Assembly: GCF_910587525.1 (NCBI RefSeq)
Contig: NZ_CAJULS010000001.1
Coordinates: 1 to 63,381 of the forward strand
DNA length: 63,381 nt
Direction: 5' to 3'
DNA from: an uncultured Oscillibacter sp.
GTDB taxonomy: Bacteria; Bacillota; Clostridia; Oscillospirales; Oscillospiraceae
The notes below the pieces were generated by a model. It did not search any database. It saw nothing but the letters and a program-made list of their open reading frames with translations, and was not told the DNA's origin. Made by a program: the position numbers and the translations under genes. Below, in pieces: positions 9,140-17,300 of this stretch; within the stretch, counting starts at the first letter, position 1; every line of letters begins with the position of its first letter.

Positions 9140-10022
9140 GGAACCCTCCGCCTAAATTCAGATTGGTGTCCATCCCGCCGGTAGGCGTGTCGGACAGCAT
9201 CGTTCGGATGTTGTTCAGCTGGGTGGCCGCACTGGCGTCAATGATCTCGTCCGGCATCTCAATGACGCAGGTGCCGGCTTCGTCGTCCGCCATGGGGATG
9301 ATGCGCACCCGCCCGGACAGGGCGGACAGCGCCGACATCAGGGACTGCGGGATCTTCACCAGCTGTTTGGCGTCACATTCGGCGATATAGATGTGAACCC
9401 ACTCCCGCCGCTTGCGCTTGTCGATAGCGGTCTGAATCATCCGGCAGATAACCTCGGAACTGCTCTTCAGGCTGACGCTCACAACTTTTTCAGCGATGGC
9501 CAGAGCCAGGTCCCGCAGCTCCTCCACATTGTCGTCCATCTGGCGGTCCAGCGCCTGACCAGCCCGCTCCAGAAACTGAGCCACCTCAGCCTCCTGGGCC
9601 TGGGCCTGGTGCTCCCGGGCCTCGCGGCCCTCCTCCAGAGCCTGCTGGACGCCCAAGGCAACGCCCTCGGCCCGCCCGGCCTCCAAGCCCGCCCGGCGGC
9701 TCTCCTCCAGGATAACCGCAGACTGCTCCTGGGCCTCCCGCCGGGCCGTCTCCAGGATCTCCGCCGCCCGCTGCTCCGCATCCCGCAGAATTTGATCCGC
9801 CTGAATCTGGGCGTAGCTGACGGGGTCCTGGGCAGGCTGGGACCCTTTTGCCGCGGACTCCGCCACAGGGACTGTTTCCGTCTCCGGCTCCGCTTCCGCT
9901 GAAACTCCGGCTGGCGGCGGCTCTGGAGCGGTCTCCGGCTCTGCAGTCACCAGCTCCCCAGCGTCCGGAAAGCGGTAGGGCTCTGCCTTTGGGCGAGATA
10001 TGAATTTCCAAACACTAGGCAA
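9108..10022 (-). CDS. fliH: Flagellar assembly protein FliH
   Basis: GxxxG repeats (AGLEAGRAEG); position between fliG and fliI. Confidence 0.88.
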   Translation of the reverse strand: MPSVWKFISRPKAEPYRFPDAGELVTAEPETAPEPPPAGVSAEAEPETETVPVAESAAKGSQPAQDPVSYAQIQADQILRDAEQRAAEILETARREAQEQSAVILEESRRAGLEAGRAEGVALGVQQALEEGREAREHQAQAQEAEVAQFLERAGQALDRQMDDNVEELRDLALAIAEKVVSVSLKSSSEVICRMIQTAIDKRKRREWVHIYIAECDAKQLVKIPQSLMSALSALSGRVRIIPMADDEAGTCVIEMPDEIIDASAATQLNNIRTMLSDTPTGGMDTNLNLGGGFHVPTDDPPGL

Positions 10023-11076
10023 TGATATCGTCCTTTCCGCCCTTCAGGATAATGATCTCTCCCTTTTCCTCCAAACCGCGGATGATTCCCACAATTCTCT
10101 GCTGGGCCTCCTCTACGTCCTTCATGCGGACATTGGAGGTGATCTCCAAGTCGTCCTTGATATTCTGCGCCATACGGCTGGACATGTTGGTAAACAGCTT
10201 GTTGGCCACCTCGGCGTTGGCCGCCTTGAGGGCCAGCACCAGGTCTCTGGGGTCGCAGTCCCGCACAAAGCGCTGGACAGACCGGTCGTCCATGGTGATG
10301 ATATCCTCGAACACGAACATCCGCTTGCGGATCTCGTCGGCCAGCTCCTGGTCGTAATCGGACAGCCCGTCGAAGATGTTTTTCTCGCTGGTGCGGTCCA
10401 GGTTGTTCATGACGCTGGCCACATAGTCTACGCCGCCCACCTTGATATTGGAGGTGACCATGATATTGTCGAACTGGCCGCGCAACTGGCTTTCAATGAT
10501 CTTCACGGCGGTGGGGGACACACCCTCCAGCTTCGCCATGCTCTTGACCACCTGCACCTGCCGGCTCTCGTCTAGGCTGGCCAGCACGTCCGCTGCCTTG
10601 TCCGGGTCCACGTGGGCCAGTACCAGGGCGATGGTCTGGGGCCGCTCATTGCGCAGGGTGGACACCATGGATTTCACATCCACTTTATCCATAAAGGAGA
10701 AAGGCCGGTGCTTCAGGGACTTGGTGACCTTGCCCAGCATCTCCTCTGCCGCCTGAGGTCCGTAGGCCTTCTCCAGGACCGCTCTGGCGTATTCCAGACC
10801 GCCCTCGGTGACCGCCTTATTGCTCAGGCACATCATGTAGAACTCGTTGAGAATCTCCTCGGTAATCTCCGAGTCTAGGATTCCCATCCGGGCCACCTCA
10901 AGAGTCAGCTGCTCGACTTCCTCAGGCTCCATAAACCGGTACAGGAGGGACGCCTTCTCCGCGCCCAGGGCGACAACCACTGCCGCGGCCTTCTGTGCGC
11001 TGGTGAGCTCCACCTTGGGCTTTTGCTTCTGCTTCGCGGCGGGTTTCGCCTGCGCTGCCGTTGCCGCCTCAGCCAT
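10015..11076 (-). CDS. fliG: Flagellar motor switch protein FliG
   Basis: ERPQTIALVL, MFVFEDI, NMSSR, DVEEAQ motifs. Confidence 0.96.
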   Translation of the reverse strand: MAEAATAAQAKPAAKQKQKPKVELTSAQKAAAVVVALGAEKASLLYRFMEPEEVEQLTLEVARMGILDSEITEEILNEFYMMCLSNKAVTEGGLEYARAVLEKAYGPQAAEEMLGKVTKSLKHRPFSFMDKVDVKSMVSTLRNERPQTIALVLAHVDPDKAADVLASLDESRQVQVVKSMAKLEGVSPTAVKIIESQLRGQFDNIMVTSNIKVGGVDYVASVMNNLDRTSEKNIFDGLSDYDQELADEIRKRMFVFEDIITMDDRSVQRFVRDCDPRDLVLALKAANAEVANKLFTNMSSRMAQNIKDDLEITSNVRMKDVEEAQQRIVGIIRGLEEKGEIIILKGGKDDIIA

Positions 11077-12745
11077 CGTCGTCCCCTCCTCTCAGCCAGT
11101 TCCGGACCATCTGCGCCGCAATCTCCGGGTTCTCGCTGGCGAACTGCCGGATGTCCTTGCGCAGCTGCATACTCTGTTCGGTCTGAATCTCCATCACATC
11201 GGCGCCGTTGTCGTCGGTGGCCTGGCCGCCCAGGCCCACCGCCGCCAGCAGGGCGTCCACCTCGCTGGCCTGCGCCTCCGCTTCCTGGGCCTCCAGTCTC
11301 TTCCGGCGCCGCCGGCGGGCCAGCAGAATCACCACCAGCAGGATGATAAACAGCAACAGTCCGCCTGCCGCCGCGATCAGTACCCACAGGGGGATGCCGG
11401 CGATCTCTATATCCAAGATGCCGGGAACCGGCGCGGGAGGCTCTTCCCGGAAGAAGGGATAGGAGATGACGGAGATGCGCCCGTCCAGGATCTCCAGGCC
11501 GCTTTCCTCGTCCACCTCGCCGTAGATGCCCGCCGCCCGGGCCACATGCTGCTGCCACGCCGCCGTGTCTACGTTGCCGGCGGTAGTGGAGTTGATGCTC
11601 ACCGCCACCGAGCAGTCCTTCAAATAGCCGGCGGTGGTGACGATGTGCTTTTCACTGCGGGAGTTGTCGTAGTCAATCTGTCCGCTGGCGTCCGCCGCGG
11701 ACTCCGTCCCGTCCAGGTTGGGGGTGTTCTCCACGTACTGGGAGAAATCCTGGTTGGGGATGTTGGAGTTCGACTCCGTGCCCACTACACCGCCGACGGT
11801 TTCGTCGCCGTCCCGGTTGTAGGACCACTGGTAGATCAAAGATCCGATGATGCCCCGGCCGTTGGTCTCGCCGTTCTGGGCGTACTCCGGCAGGTATACG
11901 TCCACCCGGTTCTCGGTGACGTTGCCCACCTCTACCACGCAGTTGACGGCCACGTCCACATTCTCCTCGCCGAAGGCGGGCGCCAGCACCTGCATGACCT
12001 GGGTGCGGATCTTGTTGGACTGCTCCTCCTCCAGCTGCATTTTCAGGGCGGAGGCGTCGCTGTCGGCGGTGAGGCTTCCGCCGCTGTATGTATTTCCGTA
12101 GTCGTCCGTGATGCTGACCCGGCTGATCTCCAGCCCCTGAAGGGAGTTGCTCACAAACTCCCGGATGGCCGCAGCCTGCTGGGTGGTGAGCTTTTTGCCG
12201 TCCCGCATGGACACCTTCACAGCGGCGGTTGCGTTGACCACGTTGCCGCTGTCCAGGATATAGCCCCGGTCCTCGCCGGGCGTCAGGCTGACAACGGCGT
12301 CCTGCACATTCTCAAAGCTGCGAATGGTCGCCCGCAGCTTCTCCTCCAGGTCCATCAAAATGGCGGTGTTCCGCTCCTGGTTGGTGGAGAGGGCACTGAG
12401 ATTGTCAAAATACTTCGTCTGGCCGGACTGGAACACGTTCTCCATCAGCACCCGGGCCTGCAGCTGGCTCTGCTGGCTCTCCAGCACCAGGATCGTGTCT
12501 CCGTTCTCCACTTTGTAATCCCGGACTCCCCAGGCCTCCAGGAGCTGCAGCACACTGGACATCTCATCCATGCTCACATTGGTGACCAGCGTGGAGTACG
12601 GCTTGTTGTTCAGAACGATTACCAGGATAACGGCGAGAACCACCAGCGCCGCAGCGGCCGCGATGTAGATCTTCTTGGAGATCTTTTTCAGCCGCTCCCA
12701 GACCTTGCCCCAAATGGCCTTGGCCTTATCAACTACCTTGTTCAA
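11069..12745 (-). CDS. fliF: Flagellar M-ring protein FliF
   Basis: Two TM segments, ring-building region (ATAAVKV), C-terminal NPEIAAQMVRNWL. Confidence 0.9.
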   Translation of the reverse strand: MNKVVDKAKAIWGKVWERLKKISKKIYIAAAAALVVLAVILVIVLNNKPYSTLVTNVSMDEMSSVLQLLEAWGVRDYKVENGDTILVLESQQSQLQARVLMENVFQSGQTKYFDNLSALSTNQERNTAILMDLEEKLRATIRSFENVQDAVVSLTPGEDRGYILDSGNVVNATAAVKVSMRDGKKLTTQQAAAIREFVSNSLQGLEISRVSITDDYGNTYSGGSLTADSDASALKMQLEEEQSNKIRTQVMQVLAPAFGEENVDVAVNCVVEVGNVTENRVDVYLPEYAQNGETNGRGIIGSLIYQWSYNRDGDETVGGVVGTESNSNIPNQDFSQYVENTPNLDGTESAADASGQIDYDNSRSEKHIVTTAGYLKDCSVAVSINSTTAGNVDTAAWQQHVARAAGIYGEVDEESGLEILDGRISVISYPFFREEPPAPVPGILDIEIAGIPLWVLIAAAGGLLLFIILLVVILLARRRRRKRLEAQEAEAQASEVDALLAAVGLGGQATDDNGADVMEIQTEQSMQLRKDIRQFASENPEIAAQMVRNWLRGGDDDG

Positions 12746-12844
12746 ACGCCGTCACCTCCTTCTCCCGTCTTGTTTCTTTCATCTCTCCAAAACTCCGTGC
12801 CGTGAAGATCCCGCTCAGAATCCGCCGGCAAATACTCAAGCACG

Positions 12845-12875
12845 ACAAATAGGGGGAGGCCTTCCCCCTATTTGT
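12845..12875. terminator. Intra-operonic hairpin between fliE and fliF (partial terminator or stabiliser)
   Basis: Perfect 13-bp inverted repeat ACAAATAGGGGGA / TCCCCCTATTTGT. Confidence 0.55.
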
Positions 12876-12881
12876 TTCACA

Positions 12882-13181
12882 TCAGAGACTGATCCTCGTC
12901 AGCTCGGAGTAGGCATCCAGCGCCTTGTTCCGCAGCTGGATCAAAAGGTCCAGCGCGATGGACTCTTTCTCGGCGGCAATGGTTTCCGCGGCAGGGTTAT
13001 CCAGCTGTCCCGTAGACAGCAGGTATTGGGCCTCCCGCACCTCCAGATCGGCCTGCTTCACATTGTCGATGGCAGACTGGAACACTGCCCCAAACAGGCT
13101 CTGGTCCCCCCGGACCGCTTCCACCGGCTTGGCGCTCTTGACTCCGGAAATCGGCGCCAGCTGTTCAATGGGTGTAATCAT
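12882..13181 (-). CDS. fliE: Flagellar hook-basal body protein FliE
   Basis: C-terminal QLRNKALDAYSELTRISL. Confidence 0.93.
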   Translation of the reverse strand: MITPIEQLAPISGVKSAKPVEAVRGDQSLFGAVFQSAIDNVKQADLEVREAQYLLSTGQLDNPAAETIAAEKESIALDLLIQLRNKALDAYSELTRISL

Positions 13182-13201
13182 AGCTCAATTCCTCCCCGCG
13201 C

Positions 13202-13666
13202 TTACTTGCCGATCTCCAGTCCCTGGGCGATCACAGTTTTTAAGGTATTAAAGGCCGTCACGTTAGAGGCGTAGGCCTGGGCGGCCGCCATGGCGTCCGT
13301 CATCTCCTTGACCATGTCTACGTTGGGCATCTCCACATATCCCTCCTCGTTGGCGTCGGGGTGGGTGGGATCGTAGACCAGGGGCAGATCAGAGGGGTCC
13401 TCCACAATGTTCGTCACCCGCACGCCGCCGGCTGTGGTCTTCCCGCTGGCGGGGGCCAGGCCGTAGGCCGCCCGGGCCATGGCGGCCCGGAAGCCGTCCT
13501 TCCCCGTCTCGGCCTCAAACACCACCACCTTGCGGCGGTATGGGCCCTCTCCGTTCTCCACCCGGGTGGTGGTGGAGTTGGTCACATTTTCCGCAATAAC
13601 ATCCAGCCGCAGCTGCTGGGCCGTCAGTCCGGAACCCACGATGTTCATGGTGCTTAAAAAACCCAT
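13202..13666 (-). CDS. flgC: Flagellar basal-body rod protein FlgC
   Basis: SGLTAQQLRLDVIAEN and YDPTHPDANEEGYVEMPNVD; start set at ATG 13666. Confidence 0.95.
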   Translation of the reverse strand: MGFLSTMNIVGSGLTAQQLRLDVIAENVTNSTTTRVENGEGPYRRKVVVFEAETGKDGFRAAMARAAYGLAPASGKTTAGGVRVTNIVEDPSDLPLVYDPTHPDANEEGYVEMPNVDMVKEMTDAMAAAQAYASNVTAFNTLKTVIAQGLEIGK

Positions 13667-13754
13667 AATGCTCTCCATTTCCCGCCGGATGGCAGCCCGG
13701 CGCGCAGTCAGCTCAGTTCTACCTCGCAAAACTTTCCTGAAATATTCCTAAAAT

Positions 13755-14138
13755 TCATCCCCGGACCGCCGCGTGCAGCAGCTTTAGATCGCTGTTGATG
13801 GCGTTAAGCACGTAGCGCATCTGATAGGCGTTGCGCATGGCCTCCACGCTCTGGGCAGTGACGTTGACGCCGTTCTCGTCCATGCGGGTGGAATCCAGGT
13901 GCTCGGTCACAGCGAACTCCGACTCCTCCAGCACCTGCCGCACGGTCTGCCGGGGCTTTATGCCCGAGCGGGCCGTCTCCAGCTTGGACTGGATCGTCTC
14001 CTCAAAGGTGACCACCTTGGCTTTGTAATTGGGCGTCTCGGCGTTTGCAATGTTGTCCAGAATGGCCGCCTGCTTCGTCCACAAAAAGCCCAGGGACTTC
14101 TCCATCAATAAAAAGGAATTGGTCGACAGAAAATCCAA
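13755..14138 (-). CDS. flgB: Flagellar basal-body rod protein FlgB
   Basis: NIANAETPNYKAK and RMDENGV; TTG start at 14138 behind GGAGG. Confidence 0.92.
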   Translation of the reverse strand: MDFLSTNSFLLMEKSLGFLWTKQAAILDNIANAETPNYKAKVVTFEETIQSKLETARSGIKPRQTVRQVLEESEFAVTEHLDSTRMDENGVNVTAQSVEAMRNAYQMRYVLNAINSDLKLLHAAVRG

Positions 14139-14177
14139 TTTAACCCCTCCCAAAAACGATAAAAACAATGAAAAAGA

Positions 14178-14232
14178 TTATAGTGTGCCATCTCGCGGTT
14201 GATTTGAACTTCTACCGCATGGTACACTATAA
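14178..14232. promoter_or_regulatory. Long inverted repeat in the flgB 5' leader (attenuator-like hairpin)
   Basis: TTATAGTGTGCCAT / ATGGTACACTATAA (13 of 14 match) plus inner GCGGT/ACCGC; followed by a T-rich tract on the minus strand. Confidence 0.65.
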
Positions 14233-14347
14233 CAGTACTTTTTCAAAATAATAATTGCCACCCCCGCTGGAATTCCTCATGTGCCGCCGCCCCCGGAGAA
14301 ACCCGCGGCGGGAAGAGGCTCATGCGCAGAACAATTTTTCCTTGTCT

Positions 14348-14377
14348 ATTATAGCGCGGACTATCTGGAAAATGCAA
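14348..14377 (-). promoter_or_regulatory. SigA-type promoter of the flagellar operon
   Basis: Minus strand TTGCAT-N18-TATAAT about 200 nt upstream of flgB. Confidence 0.6.
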
Positions 14378-14678
14378 GAGGTTTTTCCGCATTTCCACCT
14401 TCCATATTTTTGATTTTCAAAAAAATGAACATATTATAATTCTGTTTTCGATTCATTATCATTCCGTTTTTTTGGAATTTTCACAAAAAAATCCGTTTTT
14501 AAAGTGGATTTTCGTGACGCTTTTTTTGCCTATTCGTTTTTTTGTATACTCTTCCATATATTCCTTTTTCTGCGGTATGCCTTTCGGCAAAAACGTCAGT
14601 TTGGCGAATCACGTTTAATATTTGACATAAATCGAGAACCGGCTCTTTAATTTTTCACCCTTTTCACAATACAACTGC

Positions 14679-14707
14679 TTGCCAGTTTCTATTTCTTATG
14701 GTAAGAT
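14679..14707 (+). promoter_or_regulatory. SigA-type promoter of the c-di-GMP phosphorelay operon
   Basis: TTGCCA-N17-TAAGAT with TG extension. Confidence 0.5.
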
Positions 14708-14786
14708 GGGCGTGGAATTTTATCCTTCCCCAACGTCCACTGGCAGCGAGTACCATGTTTAAATTTAAGGATGTGACTCTGCACAT

Positions 14787-16901
14787 ATGAAACAGACCCG
14801 AAAAGAAAAGATTTTAATTGTAGACGACTCTGAGCTGAACCGGGCGATCCTCGCCGATATGCTGGGAGAGGAATATGACATTGTAGAGGCAGAAAACGGC
14901 CTGGAGGGCGTTGGTATCCTCCAGAAGATGGGCACAGATCTCTCTCTGGTCCTGCTGGACATCGTCATGCCGGAGATGGACGGCTTCGGCATGCTGGACA
15001 TCATGCACCAGAACCACTGGATCGACGACATCCCCGTCATCATGATCTCCGCCGAGAGCGGCTCCAGCCACATCGAGCGGGCCTATGAGCTGGGAGTCAC
15101 AGACTTCATCGCCCGTCCCTTTGACGCGCTGATCGTCCACCGCCGGGTGGTGAACACCATTCTGCTCTACGCCAAGCAGAAAAAGCTGGTGGGCATGGTG
15201 GCAGACCAGATCTATGAGAAGGAGCGCCAGGGCAACCTGATGATCGACATTCTCAGCCACATCGTGGAGTTCCGCAACGGCGAGAGCGGCCTCCACGTGC
15301 TCCATGTCCGCACCCTGACGGAGCTGCTGCTGCACAGACTCTCTCAGAAGACGGACCGCTACAGCCTCACCCCCGCGGAGATCAGCATCATCACCACCGC
15401 CTCCTCCCTTCACGATATCGGCAAGATTGCCATTGACGAAAACATCCTCAACAAGCCCGGCAGGCTGACGGATGAGGAGTTCGCCGTGATGAAGACCCAC
15501 ACCACCGTGGGTGCGGATATGCTGGAAAATCTCCCCATCCACCAGCACGACCCCCTGGTGAAGGTGGCCTACCAGATCTGCCGCTGGCACCACGAGCGCT
15601 ACGACGGCCGGGGCTATCCTGACGGACTGAAGGGAGACGACATCCCCATCTCCGCCCAGGTGGTTGCTCTGGCGGACGTGTACGACGCCCTTACCAGCGT
15701 GCGCGTATACAAGCCGCCCTTCCCCCATGACGAGGCCGTTCAGATGATCCTGGACGGCAAGTGCGGCACTTTCAATCCCCTGCTGCTGGAGTGTCTCCAG
15801 GAAAACTCTGAAATCATCCGCTCCGGCCTTGCCGGCAGCGACTCACAGACTCAGCGGGACCAGCGGGAGATGCGGAATATCTCCCAGGAGATGCACCGTT
15901 ATGAGGAGCTCACCGCCTCGGAGCGCACGCTCCAGCTGCTGGAACACGAGCGGATGAAATACAGTTTCTTCGCCGCCATGACCCAGGAGATTCAGTTCGA
16001 ATACACTGCCTCCCCCGCCATGGTGACCATCTCCGCCTGGGGTGCGGAGAAACTGGGCCTGGGGGAGACCGTTATGGACCCGCTCCACAACGACGACGTT
16101 CTGTCTCTGATGGCCCCGGAGTGGACCCAGGGCCTGTCCAACGCCCTGCACAGCACCTGTCCGGATCAGCCGGTGGTGACCTACGACTGCCAGCTGAACC
16201 TGAACGGCGAAATACGCTGGTTCCGGATTGTGGCCCGGGCCACCTGGTCCGCCGACGAGCCTGCCCGTTACATGGGCGCCATCGGCAAGGCCATCGACAT
16301 CCACGACTCCCGGATGAAGCTCCACGCCCTGGAGCAGATGGCCTCTCACGACACCCTCACTGGCCTTTTGAACCACGCCTACGCCAAAAAGCGCATATTG
16401 GAGCGGATCGAAAGCCGGCCCACCGGCAGCTTTGCCCTGGCCATTTTCGATCTGGACCACTTTAAGTCCGCCAACGACACCTATGGGCACTCCTTCGGCG
16501 ACCATGTTCTGACCTATGTGGCGGAGAAGCTGCGCCAGAGCATCCGCGACGGCGACATTGCCGCCCGGGTGGGCGGGGACGAGTTCCTCATCTTCCTCGA
16601 ACACAAGGGGGACGTGGAGCCGGTGGTGTCCCGGATCTTTGAAGCCCTCTGCGGTACATACGAAGATTTCACCATTTCCGTCAGCATGGGCATTGCCCCG
16701 ACATCCACGGCGGGCTGCGACTATGAAACCCTGTTTCACGCGGCGGATCAGGCCCTGTACACCGTAAAGCGCGGCGGCCGGGGACAGTACCGTTTTTATG
16801 ACGAATCTATGAAACAGACGCTCTCCGCCATCTCCCCCATTGACAGCGGCGGCGGGGCGGACACCGCTTCGGCGGATCAGAAAGGAGAAGGGCAGACATG
16901 A
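14787..16901 (+). CDS. REC-HD-GYP-(PAS-like)-GGDEF response regulator; putative bifunctional c-di-GMP phosphodiesterase/cyclase
   Basis: REC (ILIVDD, LLDIVMP); HD-GYP (LHDIGK, HHERYDGRGYP); GGDEF (DLDHFKSANDTYGH, RVGGDEF) with RDGD I-site. Confidence 0.92.
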   Translation: MKQTRKEKILIVDDSELNRAILADMLGEEYDIVEAENGLEGVGILQKMGTDLSLVLLDIVMPEMDGFGMLDIMHQNHWIDDIPVIMISAESGSSHIERAYELGVTDFIARPFDALIVHRRVVNTILLYAKQKKLVGMVADQIYEKERQGNLMIDILSHIVEFRNGESGLHVLHVRTLTELLLHRLSQKTDRYSLTPAEISIITTASSLHDIGKIAIDENILNKPGRLTDEEFAVMKTHTTVGADMLENLPIHQHDPLVKVAYQICRWHHERYDGRGYPDGLKGDDIPISAQVVALADVYDALTSVRVYKPPFPHDEAVQMILDGKCGTFNPLLLECLQENSEIIRSGLAGSDSQTQRDQREMRNISQEMHRYEELTASERTLQLLEHERMKYSFFAAMTQEIQFEYTASPAMVTISAWGAEKLGLGETVMDPLHNDDVLSLMAPEWTQGLSNALHSTCPDQPVVTYDCQLNLNGEIRWFRIVARATWSADEPARYMGAIGKAIDIHDSRMKLHALEQMASHDTLTGLLNHAYAKKRILERIESRPTGSFALAIFDLDHFKSANDTYGHSFGDHVLTYVAEKLRQSIRDGDIAARVGGDEFLIFLEHKGDVEPVVSRIFEALCGTYEDFTISVSMGIAPTSTAGCDYETLFHAADQALYTVKRGGRGQYRFYDESMKQTLSAISPIDSGGGADTASADQKGEGQT

Positions 16902-17260
16902 CATTGCAGGAATGCTACGCCGCCATGGGCGGCAACTATGAGGAAGTCCTCGGGCGCCTTCGCAGCGACCGCCTGATCCAGAAATTTGTGCTGAAATTCA
17001 TGGACGACGGCAGCTACCAGCTGCTGCTGGATTCCATGGCCTCCCAAAACTATGAAGACGCCTTCCGGGCCGCCCACACCATCAAGGGCGTGTGCCAAAA
17101 TCTGGGCCTCACCCGGCTGCTGAACTCCAGCGGCCAGCTCAGTGAGGCCCTGCGCCACGGCTATACTCCGGAGGCGGACAGTCTCGCGGAGCAGGTGGGC
17201 CGGGACTATCAGGACACCGTCGGTGCCATCCGGGCCTTCCAGGCGTCCGCCGGAATATGA
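16898..17260 (+). CDS. Hpt phosphotransfer protein
   Basis: AFRAAHTIKGVCQNLG motif; ATGA overlap with the upstream gene. Confidence 0.9.
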   Translation: MTLQECYAAMGGNYEEVLGRLRSDRLIQKFVLKFMDDGSYQLLLDSMASQNYEDAFRAAHTIKGVCQNLGLTRLLNSSGQLSEALRHGYTPEADSLAEQVGRDYQDTVGAIRAFQASAGI

Positions 17261-17300
17261 TGCAAAGCAGCGTCATCCGCGGACACGGAGGTACTGACAC

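Noticed and set aside
10847..12805. Long antisense ORFs in the track (e.g. 10847-12805, 25322-27916, 31716-33827, 33742-35778, 39003-40868, 53798-55249)
   Set aside because: They shadow clearly identified genes on the opposite strand, which is typical of high-GC codon bias, and show no recognisable motifs
14243..14323. 26-aa uORF (MSLFPPRVSPG...QLLF) in the flgB leader ending 10 nt before the hairpin
   Set aside because: No properly spaced RBS, and an ORF of this length is expected by chance; worth revisiting only if conserved
14139..14345. c-di-GMP-I or c-di-GMP-II riboswitch in the flgB leader
   Set aside because: No GGCAAA...GAAA...GACGCAAAGC core or class II consensus found by eye on the sense strand
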